DNA of 64,000 nucleotides from Octopus bimaculoides (GCF_001194135.2 NC_068994.1:40197844-40261843); one strand, 5' to 3'; numbered from the stretch's first letter, positions 1-12,356 are shown. Notes: generated by a model from the sequence alone, not told the origin. Made by a program: numbers and translations.

Positions 1-596
1 TTCTCCAGACTAAGTCTTAGATATGAAGTACCATCAACTCTTTTAAAAACAGACAGAGTGAAAGGATCATCGTCGTTCTTGATCAATTCATAATTTATCT
101 GAGAGTTTTGAATCCCAACATCTTTATCGACGGCATTTGGAATAGATCGCGTCGTTCCTCTTCCATCAGTTTCAGAGAAAGTCAGATTAATCTGTGTTTC
201 TGGAAACTCTGGTTGATGGTCATTGATGTCTTCAATGATAACCTTAATTTCAAGTATTTTTAAAAATGACTTCCTTCTTCGTACAGCAATGTCAACCATC
301 TTATAACACTCGATATTGTATTTGCAGAGAGATTCCGCATCTAATGTTTGGGCAGTGTAGATTTCCCCCGTTTTCGATACATTGAATAGTTGTGAATTAT
401 CAGTTCTGTCTTTCTGAAGCTGGCTAAACCTAATTAAACTATGTTCTTCGGGTGGAAGACTGTCCATAAGATGAGTGTCAGCACCAACATTTCCTAAATA
501 CGTTCCAGGTCTGCTGTCATCCATTATATAATACGTGAAGTCTACGCATAGACATGTATGAAGACAAATCAGCATTAGACGAACGTCCACCCACAT
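1..596 (-). CDS. Protocadherin, N-terminal part (signal peptide, EC1, most of EC2); runs off the window edge
   Basis: Manual translation from ATG 596, 198 codons with no stop: MWVDVRLMLICLHTCLC-VDFTYYIMDDSRPGTYLGNV...LDAESLCKYNIEC...VIIEDINDHQPEFP...IPNAVDKDVGIQNSQINYEL...RVDGTSYLRLSLE. It has a hydrophobic leader, the DxNDxxPxF linker, an AxDxD motif and Cys-X5-Cys in EC1. Confidence 0.95.
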   Translation of the reverse strand, partial: MWVDVRLMLICLHTCLCVDFTYYIMDDSRPGTYLGNVGADTHLMDSLPPEEHSLIRFSQLQKDRTDNSQLFNVSKTGEIYTAQTLDAESLCKYNIECYKMVDIAVRRRKSFLKILEIKVIIEDINDHQPEFPETQINLTFSETDGRGTTRSIPNAVDKDVGIQNSQINYELIKNDDDPFTLSVFKRVDGTSYLRLSLE

Positions 597-680
597 TTCT
601 CCATAAAAGACTTGACGAAAAGAATGGTAAACCAGTTCAACATGAATGGTTAACAATCTCTGAAATATAAAAAGAAATAG
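597..680 (-). promoter_or_regulatory. 3' splice site (acceptor AG at 661-660) and 63-nt exon segment upstream of the protocadherin ATG
   Basis: The minus strand reads ctatttctttttatatttcag|AGATTG: a pyrimidine tract plus CAG just ahead of the ORF. Confidence 0.7.
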
Positions 681-726
681 GTAAAGTTATTAACGTGTTT
701 CAAATAACATCTTTTAAAAATTTAAC

Positions 727-1342
727 GGATCTTTTTTAAAACGGGGGCCACATTTTTCATTAACGAAACACTTTGAAACTTGGAACACTGGTAGAATGTG
801 TCATATAAAACATCTTTTTCTCTTAGTCTTCTTAAAAAAAAAAGAAATCCATAAATTATTCCATGTTAAAGTTGTCGTATTTCTGTAATTTCAACCAATC
901 ACTGACGTCCATTCAGCCGATATACATTAAGTGCCGACTACATAAACAAACGATTCTGAAACAATTAACCCTAACCCTAACACTAACTCTAACCCTAACC
1001 CTAACCCTAACCCTAACCCTAGGGTTAGGGTTAGGGTTAAGGTTAGGGTTAAAGCAAATTTTAAATGAAAAAAGCAAATAAAACGAAGGTATGGAGATTA
1101 AATACGCTTTACATCGCTTAATGAGCCAAAGGAGTAAGAGTAAACAACTGAATACTTGTCAGTGATTGGTTGAAATTATCGAAATAAGACAATTTTTTAC
1201 ATGAAATATATTCGAATACAAAAATATTCTTCTGTTCTATAACACAAAATAGATAAGTATACGAAGTTTGAAAGTCTTTCCGTACCAAAAACACTACGTA
1301 AAACATTAATGAAAAATGTGGCCCCCGTTTTAAAAAAGATCC
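727..1342. mobile_element. Merlin-like MITE / foldback element (616 bp) with a central telomeric-repeat palindrome
   Basis: Perfect 37-bp TIRs (727-763 / 1306-1342, starting GGATC) and a perfect 8-bp TSD AATTTAAC (719-726 / 1343-1350). Internal arms are also imperfectly complementary (about 862-918 vs 1148-1203). GG-start TIR plus 8-bp TSD fits Merlin; the superfamily call is inference. Confidence 0.8.
965..1051. repeat. Interstitial telomere-like repeat, (CCCTAA)n then (TTAGGG)n
   Basis: Read directly; palindromic junction aaccct|agggtt at 1020/1021. Confidence 0.9.
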
Positions 1343-1489
1343 AATTTAACCATACATCATCTTAAATAAGTAATATATGACATAAAGAAATATTTACATA
1401 TTAAATTTTACAAAGTCTATACTCTTTTACTGAGTGTTTCACCTACTGGATTGAGACCAGTCTGGAGCATCACCTTCAGCAATATCAGT

Positions 1490-1656
1490 TTCAAATTTTG
1501 ACACAAGCCCGGAAATTTAGTGGTAAGGGGAAAGTCGATTACATCGAGCCCAGTGCTCGACTGGTACTTATTTTATCGACCCCGAAAGGATGAAAGGTAA
1601 AGTCAACTCAAAAGATGAAGACAGATGAAATGCAGCTAAGCATTTTGCCTGACTGC
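1490..1656 (-). mobile_element. SINE family B (conserved central CTTTCATCCTTTCGGGGTCGATAAAATAAGTACC domain)
   Basis: Reverse-complement match to the copies at 28495-28712, 41125-41342 and 59443-59650. Confidence 0.7.
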
Positions 1657-2549
1657 AAAATATCAATATCAGTAATTATTGAGAATCCTATTTATCTGTA
1701 TCTATTTATCGTATATCTATATAACTTTTTTAAAGCGAAGGGGTGTAACTCTGCGCATCATTTCATACCCATCTATCTACATGCATATACATAAAAAAAT
1801 AAATAAGTAAATAACGCATCTCACAGAATCGAGGATAATATGGTAGAATGTATCATTCTTTCCCTTTTTGTTCTAAGTACTGATGTAGTTGCAAGCAGAC
1901 ATAGATACAATCTCAGCCTGCCCACTCTTGGTCCAACAGAAGTTCTAAGATGTGCCAATCGGAAAGGGGGATGGCTGCATCAACATCGGTATTCACTTCA
2001 ACTGGGAGAATGGAGCAATTGGTCGTCTGGGCCATGAACTGAACCCACGACTTAATGGCTGTGAGCCACGCAGTGGGTTCAAGTTCAGGATCATAGGGCT
2101 GTGAAACAATTTGCTTATTTAAATGGCTATGATTACGCTTCTATTAACAGAGGTTAATTTTTCTGAAACAGGAAATGTAAAGTATGTTCGTAGGGATAAC
2201 TGCAATAATGAATTATATAACTGTTTCTTTATATTCTACATTCCAACAAAAAGTAGACCTCTTCTCATCCTGTTTGTATCGTAATGTAATGATAGTTACA
2301 CAATATTTGGTTTTGAAGTAAAGGTTTGATATAAGACAGAGTTCAATATTGACTATACCAGATCTTAATTTGGAACACTTATCAAAGCAAGGTTTCATAC
2401 ATATAATTCTGCTTTGCAAAGTCATTTGAATAAGGTATAGTAGAAAATGTTGATACATGAGATTGTGTTTGTAATGTTAATATGTTTGTAAGCAGACAAT
2501 GGGCAGCAGAAAATGAAAAATACATACAATTTAGAATTGATAGAATTTA

Positions 2550-3030
2550 TATTGGAATCCTAGATATTAAATTATACGAGAGCATCCCAAATAAGGAAGT
2601 CCTTAAATAAACGAGAATCCCATCCATGTGTGCTATCCCCAGCAAAAATGCTTGAGATAACCAAATGGAAGACAACTGAATCCACATAAACATCTTGTAT
2701 GGAGAATGGAGAACTAGTCTGTTAGAAAACCATTCCTATGCTACAAATATGTCTGCAAATCTGATCTAAAGACTAGTGGACTTGGTCTGACAAGCTGGGA
2801 ATCTTTGGCAGCAGATTGTACTAAATAGGAGCATGTCACAAAGACAGACATAGTGCGAGGAGCAATCAGATGAGGTTTGAAGAGTGAGAAAAGCTAACAT
2901 CAATGTACTTTCATCCACAAATGCATGCTGCTTCAAGATTCAGTTGTATAGTTGTAGCAGAATCTACTTGTAGTGTGATATCAGAGTGGTATCATTTGCA
3001 AACTTCATCTCTCTGATCAGGATATTTTGT
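2550..3030 (+). mobile_element. Decayed RTE/BovB-like LINE, C-terminal fragment
   Basis: Interrupted frames give ILDIKLYESIPNKEVL..., LYGE, YKYVCKSDLKTSGLGLTSWESLAAD, typical of the RTE ORF C-terminus. Confidence 0.55.
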
Positions 3031-3576
3031 ACTCTAGTTTTTGCAAAGTTGAACAACCTCTAGGGTGCAAGGACATGTTATATTCTTAAAGGCATGTGAC
3101 AACAGGAGAGAAATTATGCTGAAGATTATGGTGCGTGAGCACACAAGCCTGCTTCACTATGTTTTTGGATGGGGAGGAGATTGGCATGGAACTGTCGTAT
3201 TTAATAGTACATGACATATCTTCATAAGAGCGCACAGAAACGGTGGAGAAAAGCAACATTCTGGCCAGTCCCAGCAGAGAAAACAAGAACTCCCGTTCAG
3301 ATCCTGACTGACCAGTGGTGCAAATCTCCATTGTCTCTCAAAACAAACAGATGCCAAGGAAAGAGATTTTGTTTAGCCCCCAGCTCAACAGTGAATGAGC
3401 AGACCTATGATTAAAGGTATCTCAGCTGTGACCACTTCATATTAGTAGAAATATCTGTTTACATTAACTAACATATCCTCTTTTATTTTAGAACAGTATG
3501 GTTCATAATGAGGATTTGACTGCTATTTTTAGCAGATGAGATCCTCTATACTTCAACATAAAGCTCTGTTGAAACA

Positions 3577-3760
3577 TTACTCTTACTCCTTACTCTTTTA
3601 CTTGTTTCAGTCATTTGACTGCGGCCATGCTGGAGCACTGCCTTTAGTCGAACAAATCGACCCCAGGACTTATTCTTTGTAAGCCTAGTACTTATTCTAT
3701 TGGTCTCTTTTTGCCGAACCGCTAAGTTACGGGGACGTAAACACACAAACACACATACAA

Positions 3761-3833
<73 letters not shown>

Positions 3834-3999
3834 CACGACGGGCTTCTTTCAGTTTCCATCTACCAAATCCACTCACAAGGCTTTGGTCGGCCCGAGGCTA
3901 TAGTAGAAGACACTTGCCCAAGGTGCCACGCAGTGGGACTGAACCCAGAACCATGTGGTTGGTAAGCAAGCTACTTACCACACAGCCACTCCTGCGCCT
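3577..3999 (-). mobile_element. tRNA-derived SINE family A (octopus-type), full length, with internal (TA)n
   Basis: Near-identical to the reverse complement of 16816-17227 and 61070-61502. tRNA-like head (GGCTGTGTGGTAAG...GGTTCAGTCCCACTGCG) and (GTAAAAGA)-type tail. Confidence 0.85.
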
Positions 4000-4129
4000 T
4001 TATGATACATTTTTTTTTTTTATTTTCCTTACAGTAGTCAAACAAATCTATTGTTTCCCTTTTCAACGATTAGGCTCTTGCCGATGGAAAGCCTCAAACA
4101 TCTGAAATTTTAGATATTGTAACTGAACC

Positions 4130-4330
4130 ATGCGGGAATTATGCGGAGTTTTGATATCTACTTCGAGTTGTAACTCTTTATTGTATATAAGTGAACTGAC
4201 TGATTCAGAGTTAAGTGCCCTTACCATGGATACAGAGTAAAGCTAGTTAAAAGGATACAAATTCATCGACCCTTCAAAAACAATGGACCAGCACAGCGCC
4301 AACACTCTGAGCCACGCCTATCAATAATCT
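4130..4330 (-). promoter_or_regulatory. Speculative protocadherin upstream exon or promoter
   Basis: Local CpG enrichment, a KLF/Sp-like AGGCGTGGCT (4319-4310), and ATG|GTAAGG (ATG 4227-4225, GT 4224-4223). No transcript evidence. Confidence 0.2.
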
Positions 4331-4374
4331 TAGTTATTATTTAACCAACGGTCCCATTATTGATATATGTATTA

Positions 4375-4563
4375 TTTATGTATGTATGTGTGTATGGGAT
4401 TATTGGTTACACATACATACATACATACATATGCACACACACACACACACATATATATGTAAGTATACACTCACATTGTAAATAAATATATTTTTATATC
4501 CATATCTATCTAACTGTATATATGTGTGTGTGTGTGTGTGTATATATATATCAATAGATATAA

Positions 4564-4654
<91 letters not shown>

Positions 4655-4663
4655 CATACACAC

Positions 4664-4713
<50 letters not shown>

Positions 4714-4735
4714 ATGTATGTATAAATATAGGCTG
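4375..4735. repeat. Compound (TA)n/(CA)n/(TG)n microsatellite
   Basis: Read directly. Confidence 0.95.
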
Positions 4736-5999
4736 TGATAAGTAATTGAACTTTTATCAGCTACATGTATTGATCTGTACTTACAGCTTTCATATCCGTA
4801 TTATCAACCCCCCCTTTCACTAGTGACACTGCACTTAAATGTACAAGAAGTGCATTTTCATTGTCAATTTGCCTGAAATATTACTTCATGTCTTTTACAC
4901 TGGTTTCGTTGTTTGATATGTGGTTTGTACCTGACACTGATTAATAAAGACCTTAGTACTTCATCTGGAAATTATATACATCATATTGGTCAATTTTATA
5001 GTTTTGTTTCTTTCTTTTTTTTTTTTTTCTTTATCATGACATCCAGCAAGTACAATTATTATTTATTGATCTTTTTTTACATAGGTAATAGGTTTCAGAT
5101 TGATTGAAAAACAGGAAGCGAGATTGTATAGCAGTCATGCCTTTGTCAAGGGCCTTAACGATGTTAGTGAAATGGAAATGGCTATAGACAGGCACAGAAA
5201 TGGAGGAGTCATTCATTTGAGTAAGTATATTAGTGATTACTTTTAACTAAGCACAAAGGCTTCAGGTTTATAGGACAGTGGAAAATGGGAGACTATGATG
5301 TTCATAACTTTTACAAAAACAGGCAATAAGTGTAAAAGAAAGCATCTAGGAATTGAAACTGGACAAAGAAAATGGGAGTCTGTGATGTTCATCCCTTTTG
5401 TAAATCAAGCTGTAGCATAAAGTAAAGGAGCTAGGAATTGAAACTGGTTCTCAAATTCAGTGCACTGGGATTTTATCTCTGAGCTATGATGTTTATCATT
5501 TAGTTTTACTATATATTAAAGGCAGTAATCTGGCAGAATTGTTATTACTCTGAACGAGTGGTGGGCTAATGCATTTTCGATAATCACTTGAGTTGACTTC
5601 CTTTCTTCATACTTTTTGATGCTGTAGATTACAATTATGATACAACTACCCCGCCTCCTTTTGAGGACTATTACACTCTTTCCCTTCTAGAATTTGTTTA
5701 CTGAATGTTTTTTTTTTTTAAATGAAGATTTATTTGTATCTACCTTCACACAAATGCATAAATCACACAGGAGTTTTTGTGCATACATTCAGACATATAT
5801 ATATATATATATGATACATTTTCATACAAGCCAGTCCTCTCAGCTGGCAAAAGTGAGTAATCTTACAACAGACCAGCGCCATATTCAAGGGGAAATATAT
5901 ACACCACAGAAGCTGGCCCTATGAGTCTCTATGACTCGGGAAGAATCTTTATCTTTATCCTATCCTATTCGATTGTCATTGTCATCATTTTAACATACA

Positions 6000-6235
6000 C
6001 CTTTTCATGCTTGTGCATCTCAGTATTAGTCGAGGCATGTTAATGTCACTGCCTGCTTGTGAAATTAAGTGGCTGAGCACTCCACAGACACATGTCAGAC
6101 ACACATACTCTTAATGTAGTTCTTAGGGAGATTGAGCACAACACAAAATGTGACAATGCTGGCCCTTTGAATTATAGGTACAACTCATTTTTGTCAGCTG
6201 AATGAACTGAAGCAATATGAAATAGGATACACATC
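6000..6235 (-). mobile_element. SINE family C (V-SINE-like segment), uninterrupted copy
   Basis: Shares GTGGCTGAGCACTCCACAGACAC...TTAA-GTAGTTCTC...GCTGGCCCTTTGAA with 7195-8135 and 32678-32830. Confidence 0.65.
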
Positions 6236-7288
6236 CTATAGCCATCTTTTGCCTGTTGCTAGCCAAGGGAATAATCTCCTAGTCTTTTGAACTATGAGCA
6301 GTCGGGTCATATCTACACAGTGAACTGGTAACAACTGGCACCCTTTGAAAGAACCTTTTGTTACAGATGATATTATTCTTCAACCATGATATAAGATGAA
6401 AATTTATATAATTATTGCATCTCAGTAGGTGCAGGTGTGGCTGTGTGGGTGAAAGGATTGCTTCTCAAGCATGTGGTTTCAGGTTCAGTTCCACTGCACA
6501 ACACTTTTGGCAAGAGCCTTCTGCTATAGCACCTGATGGATCAAAGTTTTGTGAATAGATTCGGAGGACAGAAACTGAAAGAAACCTACTGGACATGAAT
6601 GTCTATAAAAGTGTGTGCATGTGATTTCGTAATGATCTTAAATTTCAGTACAAGGTCAGAAGGTACTTATATAATGAAATTACATTGCCTTTGCAGATCA
6701 TCAACCATACTTCCTGCTCACTGCTAACACAATATCCAACTCATATGCTGATTCCAATAAAGAATTTTTAATAATGTGTTTAAATTATAAGAATTTGAAT
6801 GTTTTTTAGCTGGTTTAAATATTTGTTTTCAAGAAAAGTCATGGCTTCTCTAAACACACAGGGACACTCTAACCCATTTTCCTTGGGAATTCTCAATACC
6901 TTGAAGAATACATTACTAAAAGTAATTCAAAGTAAGCATGAGTAACTAATCTTGATGCTATGGGAATTAAAGAGTTTATGGTGATTATGTGTTCTTGGGA
7001 AATGATGTTTAATTTTCAGCAAAAAGAGACTAGCTATATCAATGAGAACATCTCAAATGAATTGAGGATTAAACAAGATTATCTTTCTATTTTCAACTTT
7101 CTTCAAATTTGGGAGTGGGGTGGAAGATCCTCCATAAACACCAACTCCTTGCTAGTGCCGCATCATAGTAAGATGTTACAATGACAAAGATTCCAGTTGA
7201 TTTTATCATTGGAACAGCCTGCTTTGTGAAATTAACATGCAAGCGGCTGAGCACTCCACAGATGCACTTCAGACACATGTACTTTTAA

Positions 7289-7926
7289 CCCTTTGGAGGT
7301 GGAGTCTTATTTGTAGGTTTAGTGCCAAGAAGATGAAACCATTTATGACTTAGGAACCTCATCTTGTGCTGAGTGTTCCTGAAAAAGTTGGCAGTATACT
7401 TATTGATCTTGCTGACAAACAATTGAATGAGATTCCATGTGAAAAATAGCATAAAGTATACCACTGGGGTGCCTTCTGGCATATTTCTAGGCCCTGTATT
7501 TTCTAAGAATTCACAGGGGTCATCTCTATCTAGTTCAGTATCTCTAATCCTAAACCAAGGGTTCACAACATTACCATTGTCATTTTGATCTTCTCCATTA
7601 CTGTCAGATTCACTGCTAGGCTGGGAGAAATCAGACTCACTCAGAAAGAATATTTTCACTAGTGTCACTGTCAGCCATAGTGAAATTTCATGATGCTCAC
7701 TTGGAACATAAAAACATCCATGTAAAATTACAGAACACAGAAAACTGTCATAGAAGTCACCATTGAAAGGCCCAGAATGGAAGTAATGTGAGAAGCAATC
7801 TGATTAGCTAGCATAAAGACCAGCCAGCTAATCCTGAAGTTTGTACTATGAGGCTGATGGATCAGCCCAGTTGCCTTCTTTGTCATTTGATTTTACAACC
7901 GATAGATTGGCCCTGTCTCCTAAGGG
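7289..7926 (-). mobile_element. piggyBac-derived non-autonomous element (638 bp) with a transposase N-terminal remnant
   Basis: TTAA TSDs at 7285-7288 and 7927-7930; CCCTT(T/A)GGAG termini. ORF 7285-7668 has an acidic N-terminus and FLENTGP..P..YFMLFF..L..FV..INKY, like piggyBac transposases. Confidence 0.8.
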
Positions 7927-8455
7927 TTAATGTAGTTCTCAGAAAAATTCATCACAACACAAAATCTGACAAAGTTGTCCCTTTGTATTACAGGTATTAC
8001 AAATTGTTGCCAGCTGAGTGTACTGGAGCAACTTGAAATAAAATGTCTTGCTCAAGGTCAATGCACTGCTGAGAACCAAACACCTGACTTACATTTGGAA
8101 GCTAAATACCCTGTCCGCTAAGCTATGCACCATCACTAGCCATGTTATATAAGCTCATGCACACACACATGATGGCAAGTTAGCAAAGACATATCACAGA
8201 CATCCTTTATCTTATAAAAATATAGGAATATGGTACTCTATTGAAGAGCATTAAATGATCAACATGCAAACAGACCATATGATGAAACACAGAAGGCTAG
8301 ATATTTTAGTCCACGACAAGAAAGATAGAAAATGACACATTATTGACATAACAAGCCCCAGGGTCAAAATCATAAAAAGTAAAAATGAGAAAGTGTCCAA
8401 CTACAATGGATGAGAAGGGAACTGAAAACAAAATAGATCTTAATGGAGGCATTTG

Positions 8456-8707
8456 TATTGGGTTAGTGCATAATTATTGCGACTTTTTTTTCAACAAATT
8501 TTATTCAACAAAAACAATAACAATATGTAACAAAAACATCTTTAAATGATTATTCTGGAGCATATTCACCATCTACTTCAATTACTGCTTCCCATTTGCT
8601 TGGCAGATGGTCAGACCATCATTTAAAGATGTTTTTGTTAAACATTGTTATTGTTGAATAAAATTTGTTGAAAAAAAAAGCCACAATAATTATGCACCAA
8701 CCCAATA
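8456..8707. mobile_element. Mariner-type MITE (Hsmar1/MADE1-like TIR)
   Basis: About 90-bp inverted arms starting TA-TTGGGTTAGTGCATAATTATTGCG and ending CAATAATTATGCACCAACCCAA-TA. Confidence 0.8.
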
Positions 8708-8940
8708 ATTCCAATTGTAGTTGGCATGTTCAGAATGATAACTACTGATCTTAAATCTTGGTTAGGAATGTTTCAAATCAAAAATTGCATGAAGATACAG
8801 CAGAGAGCTACATTGCTTGGATCAGCAAGGACAATAAGAAAGGTCCATGAGACCTGAGACTGCTAGGAGTAGGCTGCTCGGAAGAAGAAATTATCCTGGT
8901 TCTCTGTTCTCCCACTGAACACAGTGAAATGATAATTACT
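8708..8940 (+). mobile_element. R4/Dong-like LINE 3' fragment
   Basis: IIPIVVGMFRMIT...IQQRATLLGSARTIRKV resembles the C-terminus of R4/Dong ORFs. Confidence 0.5.
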
Positions 8941-9124
8941 TTAAATTTTCGTACAAGGTCAGTTATTTTAGAGGGTGGGGGTAAGTAGTCAGTTACACAG
9001 ACCACAGGACTGAAAGGCAAAGTTGACCACCACAGCAGGATTGGAACTTAGAGCTCAAAGAGGTGGAAGAAATACCATGATGCATTTTTTCCCAACACTC
9101 TAATGACCCTGCCAATCCACCACT

Positions 9125-9277
9125 TCAATAATGATGATGATGATCATGATCATCATCATCATGACAATCATGATGATCATGGTGGTGATGGTGGTGGTGG
9201 AGGCAGTGGTGACGGTGGTGGTGGTGGGGGTGATGATGATAATGAAATTGATAGTAGTAGTAGTAGTAGTAGTAATG

Positions 9278-9317
<40 letters not shown>

Positions 9318-9335
9318 TGATGATAATAATAATTG
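9125..9335. repeat. Compound trinucleotide tract (GAT/CAT/GGT/AGT/AAT)
   Basis: Read directly. Confidence 0.95.
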
Positions 9336-9829
9336 GGGTAGAAAGAAAGATGCATTTTATGTTTACTCATGTCTATATTTATCTAGTTATTTGTTTTCTT
9401 TGAGGATTTTTCATGTTTAAGATTTTTAAAAAATTTATTTATGAATTTTACAAGCATTCTACACTTTCTTCCCTCACCCCCACCCCCCACTCTCTCTCTT
9501 TCTCTCTTTCCATCTCCTATCCCTGTCTCTCCATCCTCACACACACACACACACACATCATTATTTTATCTGATATTCAAATTTTTGTTATAGTTGTTGT
9601 TTTGTAAACATTCTTATATTTACTTCATTAGTGAAAATAATGTTATACCTAGATCAATATAAACTGCTTCAGAAAATGAAAAATGAAATAAATATTTTTA
9701 TGATTTTAGCTGTCAACTACTTCAACAAAGAAATTATTGGCTAAATCATGAGAGATAGTTTTGCTGTTGAATAAATAATGAAACAAACTCTCAAACCTAA
9801 ATTATGCATGAATTTTCAAATTTTTAATG

Positions 9830-10141
9830 CATATATGTTCGTACACACATACATACATGCACACACACACACACACATACATTCATACATATGTACATAC
9901 ATTCATACGTACATGTGTATGTACTTTCATACGTGCTTCCATGTATGCATATGTCTGCATTTAATTATATACACATAATGGTATATATACATACATACAT
10001 GCATACATACATAAATATATATACATATATATATATACAAATATATATACATACATATATATATATATACAAATATATATACATACATATATATATATAC
10101 AATTATACAAAAAAACCACCTTTTTTGTATTTATTTTTACT

Positions 10142-10186
<45 letters not shown>

Positions 10187-10369
10187 ATTTATATGCATTT
10201 ATGTATGTAGATGATATATACATATATAAATATATGTACATCCATACACATATATACATATACATAGTTATAGATATAAAGATATATATACATATATATC
10301 ATTATATATAGTATATATATCAAATATATATATAATGATACACACACATACATACATGCATACATACAG

Positions 10370-10403
<34 letters not shown>

Positions 10404-10460
10404 GCATATGTATATATATACATGTAGGCTTGTGTGCACGCACACACACATGCATAAATT
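9830..10460. repeat. TA/CA-rich microsatellite block including a ~31-bp minisatellite x3 (about 10010-10105)
   Basis: Read directly. Confidence 0.85.
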
Positions 10461-10668
10461 TTTTTATTCGTTAGTTTACACATTTATAAATCTGTTTTGC
10501 TGATTTTGATCACTGAAACAGATTCATAAAACTGTAAAATAATGAATAAATAAATTAATATATTTAACTCTACTTACTCAAGTATTCATTACTTTATTTA
10601 ACTTCATGATGACCTTGCTCCTCTAAACAAGCACTTCTCTCTCTTGCTCTCTCTCTCTCTCTCTATAC

Positions 10669-10724
<56 letters not shown>

Positions 10725-10727
<3 letters not shown>

Positions 10728-11124
10728 CAACATCGTTTAATGATCGCTTTCCATGCTGGCATGAGTAGAATGCACCAGACTTCTTTGTAGGATTTTTACA
10801 GCTGAACGCCTTTCCTAACACCAACCACTCAGCAGAGTGGACTTAGTGCTTTTTACTTGGCACCAACACAGTCAAGGTCAGTTTTGGCAAGGTTTTTACA
10901 GCTGGATGCCCTTCCAAATGCCAACCACTTTACAGTGTGGACTGGGTGCTTTTTAAGTGGCACCTGCACAGGCTGGGTCACCAAGTACCTTGCAAGACAA
11001 AAAAACATATCTTTTGAGAGGGGAGTGGGCGTTGGAGGAGGTGATCTTGGGTCAGATGATGAAAGGTTATAGTGAGATAGAGAGACAGAAACAAGTGTCT
11101 TGCTGTAGAGACACTCTTTCCAGC

Positions 11125-11163
<39 letters not shown>

Positions 11164-12356
11164 GGAACGAAGACAGGAACAGGTGTGCTACCACAAGGGA
11201 GACACATGGTTACCCAACCTGAGGGAAGTGCAGGAGAAGGGGAGAGAGAGTGGGAGACAGCAGGGTAGAGATTGTGGAAAAGTGTGTGGCATATTCACAA
11301 GGGATGGGGATCAGAGTATAAATGGGATTGTTGAGTAAAGGAAGAGAGAGATATAGATGGTGGCAAGTGCCAGGGCATACCCTTGAGGTTCAAATGTCAT
11401 AATATAAGTGGCAGGACATTACAAAAGAAATATGATTAGAGAGTGCAAAGTTTGGGAAAAGTGAGTGGCGAAAACCTGAGTATATATAGAATTGGGGATG
11501 GGGTGGCTACTGGATAGCAATGATACAGAGAAACAGGGTCATGAGGACAGGACTGGGGGCGGTGAGAGGTAGGCATAGTGTATGAAAGAGGAAATGTGAG
11601 GAGAAAAGATATAGAGATGCAGATTGGTTTGTTGGGGAAAGTGTGTGAAAAGTGTTCTTGTCATGTGTGGATGAGACATACAGGCTGGGGACTAGCAGAT
11701 AGCAATAATACAGTGAGACAGGGCATGTGGGTGGAACACACAGGTCAGGGGATAGTGGTGAACAATGGCACAGTGAAACAGGGCCAAGAAGACAGTATTG
11801 GGGAGTGAGAAGTAAGCATAGTGCATGAAGTAGAAATGTGAGGTCTGAAATCGGTCCATACCACTTCATCCCGTGCCTTCCTGAGTCTCTCTTTTCCACA
11901 GGTACTTTCAGGGATCGGCACTTCTTTATGCAGCTGTCCTCATTCATACACATCACATGTCCAAACATGTCTTCTCTCTTGCATGCTACATTTGATTCCT
12001 ATTATGCCCAACTTTTCTCTCAACACATTTGCAGTTTGTCAGACATGCACACTGATGTTGCACATCTAACAGAGCATACTACCTTCATTTCTCTCCAGTC
12101 TACGCATGTCTTCAGCATTCAGAGCCCATGTCTCACTACAATGGAGTATAGCCATTCGCATACAAGCATCATACAGTCTATCTTTCACTCTAAGAGAGAG
12201 TCCTTTTGTTGCCAACAGAGGTAATAACTCTCTGAACTTCTTCCGACCTATTCTTATTCTAGAAACAATACTTTCAGAACATCCTCCACCATTGCTAATT
12301 TGGTCACCTAGGTAACAGAAACTATCTACAACCTCAAGAGAGCCATCCTTTGACAT
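10725..12356 (-). mobile_element. RTE-clade LINE, 5'-truncated (RT C-terminus plus long 3' region)
   Basis: LEVVDSFCYLGDQIS...RIRIGRKKFRELLPLL...ILHCSETW and WFGHVMCMNEDSCIKKC. The 3' end (CATGCCAGCATGGAAAG..TTAAACGATG) is shared with other copies. Confidence 0.85.

Noticed and set aside
863-1081. 72-aa ORF with (LT)n(LG)n
   Set aside because: Translation of the telomeric palindrome inside the MITE.
3086-3414. GC-richer island with overlapping short ORFs
   Set aside because: No recognisable domain in any frame, and stops in most; probably an old repeat. Left unassigned.
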